Source: Psammoneis japonica (Eukaryota). From it: a stretch of 64,000 nucleotides of DNA. Each line of letters starts with the position of its first letter. The first letter of the stretch is position 1. The stretch lies in assembly GCA_008632985.1 (NCBI GenBank), contig QPGO01000195.1, forward strand, positions 62,001 to 126,000, in the 5' to 3' direction. The position numbers and the translations under genes are program-made. The notes under the pieces were generated by a model. That model did no database searches. It was not told the origin of the DNA and was given only the letters and a program-made list of their open reading frames with translations. Shown here piece after piece: positions 1-13,440 of this stretch.

Positions 1-1285
1 CGGGCTTACAAAGAGCTGGCCAACGGCAAAGAAGGCAAGCATTTGAACGCATTCATGAAGGACAAGCTGGGTCAAGTGATGGATGATGATGCTGTGGATT
101 GTCTCATGACAACAATGTGTACTGACAGGCCCTTGCCGAAGGCTATTGATGATTACTCGCAAAAAGATTCTGAAGAAGAAAACAGTTGTTCCGAAGACCA
201 AGTTAATTGCACAGGTGTCGAAGAAAAGGAGAGTGAAGAACCACGCACGGGGAGCGACATTGAGAAAGAAAGCTATTTTCGAAGAATCTATGAATACGTA
301 AGCAGCATTTTTGCGTGATTGTGAAAATGAGTCGAACGATTTGTTAACGGTACTCACTTACGCTTCGTTTCTTCCCTCGCTTTTCGCGCCAGTCTGTGCA
401 ACTCTTTATATTTCATTTCTTGCACAAAAATAATGCGTACAGCAAGTTGGCGATTGCACCCCTGTGGAGAGAAATTATGGCCAACATTCTACCCATAATT
501 CACCCCGAAAACTATAATAGGTACCAAGTTGCACCGGAGACAGCACAACTCGCTCTCTTTTCTGGACACGATACAACCATTGTTCCCCTCATGGCTTCCC
601 TTGGACTATGGAATGAAACGGATTGGCCTCCGTATGCGAGCATGATGATTATTGAGGTAAGGCGTCAACTCTCTGGAGGAATATCGGTTGATGGATACAA
701 TGTGTAAACCTCACGCCTCGTCATACATTGTCTAAGATACATGAGATTGGCATTGATGGACAACAGGATCGTCGATATTTTGAATCCAAGTATGCCTTTC
801 GATTGTTGTACAATGGAAATGTCATGACTTCCCTAATTGATGGATGCCCCGATGGAATCGATCTATGTGACGTCCGCATATTGGACAAACTTGTGGTGCC
901 GCTCGCCATGAAACCGTGGGACTGCAATCCCAATGGCTGGAAAGAAGCACTCGAATCTACATGGGCTGAGGCGAAATTCTTTGTAACAACTCCTGGCGGT
1001 GTCATGATTTTGCTCTTTGTAATTGTAGTGAGCATCATTGGTGGAGGAATCGGCACATATGCTTATCTGACAGGACGTCTTCCCATGTGGTGTCTAGCAC
1101 CGAGATCGGTTTTCGGCCCTTCGTCTCATAGGCGTCGCTCTCATGAGCAAGGGATATCGCTAACTCAAGGCCAATTCGACCAAGATGCGCTAGACCAGGC
1201 GACTGTGTACGGAGCAGCAGATGCAACAGGAGAAGACACTTCGTCATTAACCGCAAAGGATGAAGACATGAATCGTATCACATAG
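1..1285 (+). CDS. Histidine acid phosphatase family membrane protein (5' end outside window; exons ..297, 393-656, 737-1285)
   Basis: FSGHDTTIVPL (HD acid motif) and WPPYAS; GT-AG introns at 298-392 and 657-736 join three ORFs in frame; C-terminal TM helix (VMILLFVIVVSIIGGGIG). Confidence 0.8.
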
Positions 1286-1621
1286 CACATCTGTAAGTGC
1301 TCTTCCGAAATACAACCGCTGGCTGTAGTTGACCAAGAAGTGGTTTAATCATTCGTGGTGGTTTTCCCAGCCCGCAAGAGACTGTGTGCCACACCCCGTG
1401 ATTGTGTGGCTACACCCGATCATCGCACCCCATAGAGAGAAAGTGAACAGACTGATGTTCAAAATGAAGTAAGAAGACATAGAAAAACAACATACCTGGT
1501 ACATATTTTTAACATCCTAATTTTTTTAAATCACAACAACCTTTGTAAACACTACAACAAAAACAGAGCCAAACGCTGGAACTCGCCAGCGACGACGAGG
1601 CGACGGCGAGAGAGGACTGCG

Positions 1622-4600
1622 CTACTTCGCAAGATAATTCAGCTTCGTCAATGCGATAGCTGTCACGACCTTCGACAAAATAATTGCAATAATAAGGTAC
1701 GTCAAATTTGCTGGAATATGATCAACCGTAAACTTGCCGCCAAAAGAAACTTCAACCCAAAGCTCCGCCGTCCCAGTGCATTCGGTCTTGTCCTCAAGCG
1801 CCTGGCATTCAGGCGTCAACAAGACAGCTTCGAAAAAGTCGCTACCGACGGATGGCGTGATCGGCGTATCATCGTTGTTGAACTGCGAAGTTACAAGGCC
1901 TTCGAGCACATAATGCCCGGGAAATGTCCAATATGCTTCATGCGAGAAGAGAGAAGCAGACGTGAGCGTCAAGAAGTATGTAGCTAGACAAACGAAAAAA
2001 GCGAGTCGCTTACCCCAAATCCAAAACCCGGTGATATCTTGAGGACGAATCAGGAGACCAGAGAACAACGAAGTCATTCCAATAAGAACCCCTCCAAAAC
2101 CCTGGGCTACTTGGCTATTTTTCGTCAAGGACACCATCATCTGGCCCAAGAAAGTGAACAGCCCGGAGTTCAACATGAAGAACAAGTAGTACAAGAAAAA
2201 CTTGTCCGCTTCCGCTGCAAAACCGACCATGAAGTAGAAAGGAACCACGAAAAGAGCACTAGCCATGAGAATGAAGGGGATTTCGGTTACCGAGAAGGCA
2301 ACTAAAGGCGCCATGGAGCCATACTAGACAAGGCAAGAAAAGCAACGAGACGTGAGAAGTACGAAGCTCCACGTGCACGCGATGCTGATGTCGTCTTCAC
2401 GTACCATAAGCGCAGCCTTGTGCCTATAAAACATGTTTCGCTCTGTCTCAAAGACACTAAGTACAGTGTTGTACGCATTCACAGCTGAGGTGCGCCACCA
2501 GAAGAGCAGCGAGGAGAAACTATCAGTAAAACAGTTCAACGGAAAAAGCACATTCGCAAAGAATGAAAGAAGAACATACCTAGGAAAAGCGTTGTGACGA
2601 ATATGGTAGTAACTCGCGAATTCATGTCACCTTCTGTCTCTGGTACCCTCTGACTAATATACACACTCCCTAAAGAGAAGGAAAGAAACGACAAGATAAC
2701 GAGGTGAGACGGACAAAATTCGGTTAAGCGACTTCGGATGCTGATACCCATCTCTCACCAAATAGCAACGAAATAATAACGGCGACAACCATCCTGGTCA
2801 GATTGTAGGTCGGCGAACGCCAGTAAATCTTGCTTGTGCGAGACAGGACAGATTTCAATTGAGTCTTCTTGCTCGTTGCGTACGTGCTCGGGAACGATAC
2901 TTCGTTGTCGTCCGTCGCGGACGCATCGAATTCGTCAATCCTGGCCAATGCGTCTGCTCTTAGTTTCGATGATGCGAAACTATCGGCATAGTTGAAAGGA
3001 GCGGCACCCGTCGAGCTGGACCCGGCTCCAATGGTGGTAAGCATCCTGGTGTTTCATACGAAGGCATGTTAGACACTACAATCGCCAAGTACTGTCTTGC
3101 ATGCAACGCCCAACTTACCAAGTCGCAGGGTTTTCACCGGGTTGGATTTTCTTTGTAGAAGGATACTTCTCCAAGTAATCAATTAAGTTCACGCTATCTT
3201 CCCCAAGCTCGCCGAAAAACACGGTTTGACCTCCGCGCTTCAACAACAACAATGCGTCAAACGAGGTGAAAATCGCCACACTGGGTTGGTGAACTGCGAT
3301 ATCGGAGAATGAATCTCGTGAGTACACGAAGAGGTAAACAACATCGTACACACTACCACAACAAGCTCGACACTCACTTGTGGCGCACACTGCTCTTCCG
3401 CCATCTGAGATCCTTTTCAGACCGCGCATCACAATGGACGCCGCACGGGAGTCAAGACCGCTCGTCGGCTAAAACCAACGAAACAATGCACGGTTAGGGT
3501 AGGGAAATTTGGGCAACCTCGTCAGACAATTAACGGCAAAGACATTGCATTGAAGGGGTCGAGAATGATAAGGGTGCTGCCCACCCATCCCTCCTCCTTT
3601 TCTCTTACCTCGTCCAAAAATATGATTGAAGGATTGGCGACCAGTTCAACAGCAATAGCAAGGCGCTTGTTCTGTTCAAAAGACAGACCACCAGTTAGGT
3701 CGCTTCCCACTTGAAGGTCTTGTATTACGGTTAGTTCCAACATTTCTAGCGTTTGTTCCACGAACTTGGTCCTGCTCTCTTGAGTCACTGCCGGGTCCGA
3801 CTCTTCCAAGCGCAGCGCCGCCGAAAACTCCACTGTCTCCCGGATAGTCAGCTGCGGGCTTTGGACGTCAAACTTGAAGGGGAAAAAAGTGAGCTATGGT
3901 GTTGCTTCGATGGGAGTACGACAATTTTACTTACCTGCTCGACATATCCAGTACAACGCCTGAAGGACAACGGTTCCTGCAAATGTCCATTTAAACGGAC
4001 TTCTCCGGTGATTTCTCCGCTGGTTTTCCGCAACGACAACACATCCATCAACGTAGTCTTTCCCGCTCCAGAGCTATTCAATTAAACATGGGAGGTGAGC
4101 ATTCGTTCTGCTATCGAGTTGGTGTGAGTTTCTCTGCACCGTCAGTCACGTACCTGCCCATCAGTGCAGTCATCTTTCCCGCTTCGAGATAGCCGTCAAT
4201 ACCTTGTAGAAGCTCAAGTTTCTCGTTAGTGATTGACGACTGCACAGTATAATGGATGTCCTTAAAAGTAAGATTCACTTCCTGAAACGGAAGGCCCACT
4301 TCGTCAGCTTCCTCTTCTACATCCTCTGCCTCCTCCTCCTCCTCCTCCTCCTCCTCCTCGTCGTCATCAAATTCTGTTGCCAGTGTCTTTCCAGTGTCAA
4401 AGCGTAGATAATTGAGAAAGAAAATGGACAGTCCTCCCGCGACGATCGAGATGCCAATAGCAAAAAAGAACCCATACCGAACCCATTCGTATTGAAAAGG
4501 TTCGCCATTCTGGAACCAAATGAAGGAGAAGAAACTTGTGAGGAAGTATTCGTACCAGTGAAAGTTCTGTCGCGACACGAGAAGGCTTACGAGCGTGAAT

Positions 4601-7451
4601 CCGAACTGGTCGAGCACCGCATCTCCTTCGGTTACTCCCGGTGCTACCTCATCGCTGTACTTTCCCGACTGGTATTCATTCACAACAAGAGCACGGAGAA
4701 TCCACGCAAACACATTGGCCCAATACACCCATACCCACTTGAGTTTGAGTAGTAGTAGTAGTCGGGCAGCAGTCGCAAATAGTATATGGTGACATTTGTA
4801 GAAAAGTTCAGAGAGAAAACAAAACATTGAGCCAAACAAATCACGAATCATTGGCCCGGAAGAATTCAGAGGCTTTTTAAGTTCTTCCATTCAAGAAACA
4901 GCCAAAAATACTTAAGGATTACTTACATAATCCGGGATAACATCTGGCTGGACAGTGAAGCCTGCGGAGGAGAAGGAAGAAAAACGAATGCATTAGCAAT
5001 GTAAGCCCCGAAATCGAAATCAAGGCCGTCAAACCAACATATTTATTGTACCTGAGAACAAAACGAGCACAATAATGGCTACGGACATTGCGGCCTGTCC
5101 AGTTGGCCTATCCGCCACTGCCGACGAGAAGACGCTGAAAATAAGACCAGAAGAAAGCGAAGCAATCAAGACCAACAGAAGGAAGATGAAGTAATTCGCA
5201 ATGGAAGCACCGTCATCGTAAGCCAGGCCTACAAACCAGTATATGATTGTACCGTAAACAACAGCGTCGATAATGGCGGTGGGGATTCCGGCGAGACTAC
5301 GACCGACCACAAATGTCCATGTCGGAAAAAAGTTCGCGTCTTGATGTTTGTATACAATGCCCCGAAGGTCAAACTGCTCTGGAACACGAAGCATCGATCC
5401 CAGAGAGATGAAAAACATTGACTGGTATAAAATGCCCATCACACTTTGCGGATTTTCCCACTGTTGCCAGAACACCGTCCCTGCCACAATACCCATGATC
5501 AAATCTGGACGAAGAAGAGAGAAGAAGGCGGGAAGAAGCGGTCAAAAACGAAAAGCCAGCAGTGCGCCGACACTAGAGACTTTACGAACCTTGCAGGATG
5601 CGCGCCTTGATCGTGTACTTGTCTCTCCACCAAAGGAGCATCTCGCGTCCAATAAGTAGCTTCAAAGACCGATACCACCGGTTTTTGAATTTCTTACTTG
5701 CAATATCTGTATGCAGATCATTATCGTGTTCCATATTCTCTTTAACAGTCTTCAGCAGAGCATGTCCACGTTGGCTTGCCTCGAATTTGTCAACGAAATC
5801 TTGGGTGGTCAAGTGTTTCTTTTCCTTGTTCACTCGAAAGGACGCACCATCACGAGTAGGCAAAGCCTACGGCAAAAAAAGGAAGGAAAACAATTAGCGG
5901 CAATAACATCAGTTTCCCTCGTCACTGTCACAAAACCAGCCTACCTGCAACCAATCGGCCGGGTCCATTCTATCTGGAATTTGGTATCCCAAGGATTCAA
6001 AGTAAGGAACAACCTCAACCACAGGCCCACTGTAGATGATGCGACCAGAATCGATCAAGACTAATTCATCGAATAGAGCAACCGTTTCCGGCGGTGGTTG
6101 CAGCAAGGAAACAATCTTGATGGTGTTTGTAAGCCTAGAGGTTGCGCCTAAAAGTTGCACAATATCGAAAGTCGTGGCAGCATCAAGGCCCGTGCTAATC
6201 TCATCCTGTGGCGCGAATGTATGGTATCTGGAGTTAGGCACGAAACCACAAGCAAAACCAAGAGGCAAACAAAAAAAAGTAAAAACTTACGCAACAGAGA
6301 ACCGGTACGCCGACGCACATCATTTCGGAGACGGTCACTCTCTTCTTCTCTCCTCCGCTTACTCCGCGAACGGAGACATTGTCGCCAACAAAGGTGTCGT
6401 TAACCCTGGCCAGTCCCATCCCCTTGAGAACTGCATTCACTAGGTAGAGGTCCTCGTCCAATTGTTTCACAATCTCGGCAACCTCCGCGTCGTCCATATC
6501 AAAGTTCACATGTTCATGTGTTCCCCCCGAACGACACTGCCATGCAAAAGTACATGTCTCGAGAACCGTGAGATACTTGTGGAGTCTATCAATCTGATCA
6601 ATGTGTGCTGTTAAATTCTGAAGCGTGAAAAAGCAACGTTACGGTGAGGCGCGACAATACACAACACGTGAAAAGATAAATCTAAAGGGATTGCTCATCA
6701 ATTACCTGCCAGACGACCTTCTTGTCTGAAGATTTGAGTCCATTGATCATGACATCGCCTTCTAGGACGTTTTTCTTGTCTTGACGAAGAGTGTTCGCGA
6801 TCATTTTCAGCAGAGTTGACTTCCCCGAGCCCGGGGCGCCAAGGACAAGGTAGAGCTTGCCCGACTTGAATTCGAGGTTGACCCCTTCCATGATGCACTT
6901 CTCTACTGTTTCTTCCTTCCATTTACCTGTCTTGAAAAACCTCTTCAACTTTCCCATGAGCTTTGTCGACATGCGTTCGGTGTGAACTGTTTTGATCTTT
7001 TGCTTTGCTCGTTTCGGGCCTTCCTGGTCGTCTTCCGAAGATGGTTCCGGCGCGACATTGGAAACCGTGTACTTTCCGTTAATGACTCTGCAGATATAAT
7101 GACGTTCTTCCACCTTAAGACTGGCCCAGAGCTTTTTAAACTCCATAATAAGTTCGTCATCTGCCGCCGCCGCACGCATGGAGACGTTCTTGGCAATCTC
7201 TGCTTCCAAAAGGGTCTCTCCGGAAGAACTTCCTTTCTCCACATCTTCGTCTCTAGTAATCACAGACGAAATCCTGTCGGGGATGGATACATCTTGCCTG
7301 AGGAGAAAACACATCATGTGGCGTTTGTTAGAGCAAACCAAGGTACGAAGTACACACATCCTCATCGCCGCATAAGATCTTACTCAGCACAAATGTTGAG
7401 AAGCTCCTTGTAAGCCTCCTCGCGCTTCAGAGAGGCTTCCTCTCCCGACAT
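1622..7451 (-). CDS. Full-size ABCG/PDR-type ABC transporter (NBD-TMD-NBD-TMD), many introns
   Basis: Walker A GAPGSGKS and GAGKTT, signatures VSGGEKKRV and [22 protein letters not shown]-like VHQPS, two TM blocks; ATG at 7451 in gccaccaccATG context followed by an intron. Confidence 0.92.
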
Positions 7452-8174
7452 GGTGGTGGCTTCCCTCGACTCGGAGCTAAAGCAAACAAAATTGATCTGC
7501 AACTACGATACCAGAGAATATAACAGGCGTCACGCAGGTGTCGCAGATGGAGAGAGAATGAGAGGAATCTGTTCCTCGTTCCTCGCGTAATACTTACTGT
7601 AACACCGCCTATTATCTTACCGTGGCGCGCACATCGACAAGATCGCATGGCGGCGTCACACAATTCTTAGTCGCGCAAAACGGCGGACAGACGGAAATAA
7701 ATTTTCTTATACAAGTAATCAAAGCTGAATAATGTTTCAAACTACTCCAACTCAACGGAAAGCGGGTGGTTCGTCCAGACCTCGGGAGTGGTGGGTTCGT
7801 CCTGATTTTCGCGCCAACATTATTATTTTAGGAAGCGACTTGGAACTAAACGTCTTCTCATCCCGCCCAGTGAGCCGTAGCCTCGTCGTTATATCACCTT
7901 TCAGCTCTCTGTGCGTTTCAAAGAGACAGTCAGTCTTCACGGACAACAAACCACACAGATTGGCAGCCAGCAGCTACCGCAGCTTTGCACTAGATCAAGA
8001 AAAGTGAATTCTCGCAAGGCGAGTCGTCCAGTCTTGAAGGGACTTCATGGATGGTGGCTGAGCGTTTGCGGAAGTAAAATTCATACAACAACAAGAAACT
8101 GGGGTCTAACAGACTCCAGTCCTCCCAGCTCATGCGTCTCCACCGGCAATCACGGCTCTTCGGAACTCTCGAAG

Positions 8175-9138
8175 TCACTCCCTCAGAAATTCAAAGTCAA
8201 GGTCCTCCCAATCCTTTGTAAACCAAAACCACATTGATGGCTGCCATGTGCAAATGAGCAAGAAGAATGATGTCAATGACGCATCGCAAACTGCTGCAAG
8301 AGCGGGAGCAGGCAAGTCAACAACGCACCGTCCGAAAAAACGTCTTGAGTGTAAATCGCGGTGCACTGATGAAGGGAAACAGCTCCTCGGCAACAATGTC
8401 CTTGGCATGAGGCTCGTTTTGCTCCTTTCGCCAGCATTCGCTCAAAAAGTGAACTTGACGGAGCCCAACAACCACATCTGATGGAGGCGGCAGCAATGCC
8501 CACCATGAACATAGAGGCGGCTCGTCTGAGGCATTGTTCTCAGTGCATGTCTCATTGACTCTGCGACATAGATTGACTTGTCCCAACAGAATCCAAAGTG
8601 CTGCTGACTTTAGAACAAGCTCACCGCCAGGGATGTGGAAGAGAGACAAGGGAAAGCCAACGATCACACCACAGACGAATGGGAAAAGAGTTCCACAGCC
8701 ACCGCACCCAGAGACTTTTCCTTCCCTTTGCAACTCATGTTGAAACAGTTCTTCTTCAATGCTGAACTTACAGCAGTCATGCCATCCCAAAGCGGTTGGA
8801 ATGCTTGCTGCAATTGCAAGCCACACAGGTCTTGAAATGCCTGGGGTCTCAGGCGGAGCCACAATTTTCGAGAAGAAGTCATTCCCAGCTGTTCCAGCCG
8901 GTTGCAGTTCGACACAATTCCTTGCAGGCTCAATCACGGTGCCTTTCCAAAACTCGTTTGCACTGACACAGAAATCATTGATCAACTTGTCATTGGAAGA
9001 GTCGTCGCCTTTCGCACGAGCTGCTGAAAAGGAATGCCGTCGACGATTGTTTTGGTGAGGAACAAATCCAGACACGCAGGTTGCTGATGCTGGAGACAGG
9101 AAAAGGGAGAGAACAGCCAGAAGAGAAGACGATGTCAT
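8175..9138 (-). pseudogene. Plastid-targeted membrane protein gene, probably inactivated (LINE in 5' UTR; TpA-hypermutated)
   Basis: Signal peptide + VSGF|VP motif; intron ~8328-8241 joins to PSMWFWFTKDWEDLDFEFLRE*; no Tyr in the 293-aa ORF, with Cys/His where Tyr is expected (GWHDCCKF, GGCGTLFPFVCG, NLCRR, SECW). Confidence 0.65.
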
Positions 9139-9216
9139 GGTGGGGTGGGCCAAGGCTGCTGTTAGAGAGCCACAACACGAACAAACGCGCGTGCGCACAA
9201 GCTAAAAAATGGCACC

Positions 9217-11601
9217 ATGGCACCCAAGAAACGAACCAACTCTGCGGTGAAGAGCAACGCTTCACCAAGGAAAGGCATGAAAAAGAAACAAAGTAAAGGA
9301 CAAGATGGCCAAGCAGCGGCAACGAACCTCATTGACAATCCCAAGAAAAAGGACGATGACTGTTCTGTCCAATGCCCACGCTGTCCAGTGCAAATTCCAC
9401 ACAAAACTCACGCAAGAAGACGCCACCTTACGGGACTCCGAAAAACACCGACGGTCGCCCTAACACCAGGAGTCAAGGACTCACCGAAGCAGAAAACAAG
9501 ATCACCCCAAATGAAGAAGTCATTGATGAGAAAGATCACATGCAAGAACCGACTGAAGAAGAAGATCAGAGCAAATTTCTCCCAGATCATCCCGACCCAG
9601 AATTGCAAGAAACGACAAAACCGACTGATGCAACGGACAACCTTGGTCTCACGAGCTGGAACCACGTTGACAATTCCGACGAAGACGATGACAACCTCGA
9701 CGACACCACAAAAAACCTCTTCGGCACCGAGTCAGAAGCCGCCAAAGAAGATCAATCGATGGAAGATGTCGAGGAAGACGAAGAAGCTCCGGACGAAGAC
9801 ATGCAAAGCGGTTTTCATCACACGGATGTCCGCTACAACGCCTTCATTGCCATCCCACCCTCCAAAAAACCTCTCAAAACGATCTCCACTGTGATCCGCA
9901 AAGCTGTTGACATCATTGGAGACGTTCTCGGAGACAAAGTGATGATCGGCACATGGGATCCGGAACTTGAGGATGCCTTCGGCACCTGGCGAGACGGCGA
10001 TGACGTGCCGGAAGGCAAAGCGCAAGACAGGGAGACCATCAGCTCTTTCATTGGCATCAACTGTCTTGCACCACAAGCCAATCAAGAGCACAAAACATGC
10101 GCTCAAATCCGCTTTGTTACGGTGCATGACCCCAACGACGGCGAAATCGACTGCGACACCGCAGCCGAAAGGAAATGCGGAGAAAGGCCACTCGGAGCTT
10201 TTGAAGACATCGAAGAAGGTCAATTCAACGTTGGCCGCAACCCCCTTCTGTGTCAGTCCACCCGATTGGAATGCATTGGATGGCTCTGCATGAGCGCCAA
10301 GACGATGAACGAGAAGACGCTTCACTGCACCATTCGGAAGCATCTCGGTCTGGAATTCAAGCGTGACTGCTTGGGACTCCAATGGCAAGCCATCGCACTG
10401 CCAACCGGATGCCGCCCAACCTTCAACAAGAAAGATCCAAAGAAAAACCCGAGGCTCTTCACCTTGTCGTCGACGTCAATTACGCCCACCAAGTTGAAGT
10501 GGCCGCTGAGAAGTTGTGGCGGGTTGGAGCACCCAAACGCATCCTCGGCCTGCAGCTTCGTCATGTCCCTTGCTGCTCCTCGCCAACCATGCGGAGCGCT
10601 CCAGATGACATCCGCGAGTTGTTGATGAGCTTGCACAGCGCCAACACTGCTTCTGCAACAATGTGTTGAGCCAAACAGACTTCAACTTCATTGCCAATCT
10701 CGACGTGATCCGGAAATCCAAGAATCCTCCCACGACCCTGCGAGCATTTCTGATGAGGAAACATGCTCAAGATCCTGCATCTGATGTCCCCAAGATGATT
10801 CCATTGTTTCATCACATCAACCACAAGTGGTGCAGGGAAAACGAATGCACCATTTCCTTCCCCAAGAAGAACTTCAAGAAAGCGATGAGCACCATCAACA
10901 ATCTCATCCCCGAGGTCCTTCACCACTTCGGACTGGATGCAGCCTTCTGGTTCACGTCGCTTGGCATCTCGGTCTACGAAAACACCGTCTGCAACCCGGA
11001 AACAGGAACCACCACTTCGACCCAGAGCAACAAGATCAAAGAGATTGTCGAAGATGACCCCTGGGGCATGGAGGATGACTGGCAAGCACAAAAGAAGGCA
11101 AAGGGCAGACTGAACGCCAAAGAAAAAAGGAACACGTCCAAAGTCACGTTGCCCAAGAAATTGCCAGCCTCGCCATCCAAGAAGGCACCCTCCCCAGCAA
11201 AAGAGGCAGCAGAGCGCCTCGCACAAGCTGATGACATTGGATCAACAGGAATGCTTCGGGACAAGAGCAACGACACTCAATGCTCCAAAGCCAACAAGAC
11301 GGTTCTCTTCGACAACGAGAACCCAGAAGAACTCCACGAGTGCAAGAGGGATGACGCATCCATCAAGACCACCGAATCCACCCACGCAAAGCTTCAGAAG
11401 TCCCTTGAAGTCAACGACAAACTCTCAATTGAAGTGGAGGAGTTGCGCCAGCAGCCAGAGGAAGCACGCAACGAAAATGGCGTGGCACACCACCCCAACG
11501 ATGAAGGTGGTGCACAAGCCGAAACCAGCCTCATGGCCATGGAGGCTGGACGACACGAACAGTCTGCACCATCCTCGGCAGGCCCGTCGACGCCTGCCTG
11601 A
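9217..11601 (+). pseudogene. LINE ORF1 (frameshifted)
   Basis: Protein-like reading split over ORFs 9217, 9372, 10382 and 10663 by about three frameshifts; basic N-terminus, acidic linker; ends TGA just before ORF2. Confidence 0.7.
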
Positions 11602-11639
11602 GGAGGACGTTAAACAAGGAACACCAAGTCGACAAACCA

Positions 11640-13440
11640 ATGAGAGGTGGGGGGTCTCCACGCTGCTGAAGAAGAAAAACAACATCCGGATCACCTTCCA
11701 CAATGCAGGATGCCTCCCCGTTAACCTCAGTGGGGCAGATGAACACAAAGGCATTCTCAAATGGATCTCTGATGATCAAGCTGATCTCATGGGGCTCAGC
11801 AAAGTAAACCTCAACTTTTCCAGAATCCCAAAACACGAACAATGGAGAGACAGATGGAGGAACCTGAAAGGTGGAAGCTCTGTTGTCGCCACAAACAAGC
11901 ACTGCTGCACAGAGAACAAAAGACAACATGGAGGCGTCGGACAGCTCTTGACATGCGACATCAGCCACCATTTGATTGCCAAAGGAACAGACCCAACAGA
12001 GCTGGGCCGCTGGACATGGATTAGGCTGCAAGGCAAAACAGGTGTTCATGCGAGGATCATGTCGACGTGCCGCCCCGTCCAAGACAAAGGAGGAAACCCA
12101 GGAAGAGTCCACTCTCAACAGGAGACATGCTTCAGCTCCAAAGGCGATGATCGGTGCCCACGAGATGCACCACTCTTGGACCTCGGCAAGGAAATCAAGA
12201 AGTGGCAGACGGAGGGCGATCTGATTGTCCCAGGAGGGGATTTCAATGAAAACGTTCACTCAGCCCCCTTTAGATCATGGGTGCACTCTCTAAACTTGAT
12301 CGACGCACTCAAGACAGCACACCCGACACTTGAGCCAGTGGCTGCTTGCGACAAAAACCAATCGGAAATTCAAATCGATGCCGTTCTTATTTCACCCTCA
12401 CCAGAAGTCAGCCGAGCAGGAATGTCTGGCTTTGGTGACTTTGACTGCACCTCGGACCACCGCATTGTCTGGATCAACATCATCAAGTCAAGCGCGCTGG
12501 GTTGCACTCCACCGAAGCTTGCCAACATCAACCCCGACAGACTGGCTGGCCAACTGAAAGAGCCCGAAGTGACAAAAAAATGCGCAACAAACCAGCAGCA
12601 ACCCAGATTTGTCAGGACGGCATGCCACGTCGAGTGATTGATCTTGAGAACGCCGAGGATTTCCCACCGCCCTTACAACAAGCCTGCGAAGAACTCTTTG
12701 AAAAAAATCACAAACTGCGCCAACACTCCAAAACCAAGTGCCGCAAGCTGCACATGAACGAGGTGGAATCTTCCAACAAAATCAACAAAGCCAGAAAGGA
12801 AATCCACCTGTGGCGCCCAATTTACAAGCTCCGACAAAGGCATCACGTCAGCATGTCAACGACATGCCGCCGCATGAAATGTGCTGGCCGAATGGACGCT
12901 CTGTCTGTTGCCTCGAACCATGTTCAGCAGGAACACAAACAAGCGATGAAAAGGCACTGCAGGCTAAAAAAGGATGCTGCCAAACACCGCCAGAATGAAT
13001 TTAAAACACGGTGCGCAAAAAGAGCTGAAGAAAGTGACACAACTCCAGAGCACGAAGAGAAACTCATCAGCCACAGCTGCCGACAAACCAAAGCATTCAG
13101 ACGAATTTTTGGACAGAAAGAACATCGGCCTTTGCTGGCTCTCAGGAGCAATTCAACAGCTGTGGAATGTCTCTTGGGACATGTGGCGACAACGCATGAG
13201 CGCCACTGCTGTGACAACTCGGCAACACAAATCAGAATCAACAGCCTTCTGGATGACAAGATCAAGGCGGAATTTGCCTCCTGCTTTAATTCACCCAATG
13301 CCTCTCCCCACCTCACAAGGTGGTTTGCCCAATCCATGGAAGAAGTCCAGGCAGAAACCACAGACTTCAAGCGCAACTGGATCGAAGCAGTCCGGGTGCG
13401 AAAACAACAACATGCTTCTGTGTCTTCATCGACAACCTCC
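11640..13440 (+). pseudogene. LINE ORF2: APE endonuclease + C-terminal remnant, reverse transcriptase deleted
   Basis: APE motifs RITFHN, GLSKVN, LGRWTW, GGDFNE, IDAV, SDHR; C-terminal LWNVSWDMW motif follows ~13140 with no RT (YxDD) core between. Confidence 0.8.
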
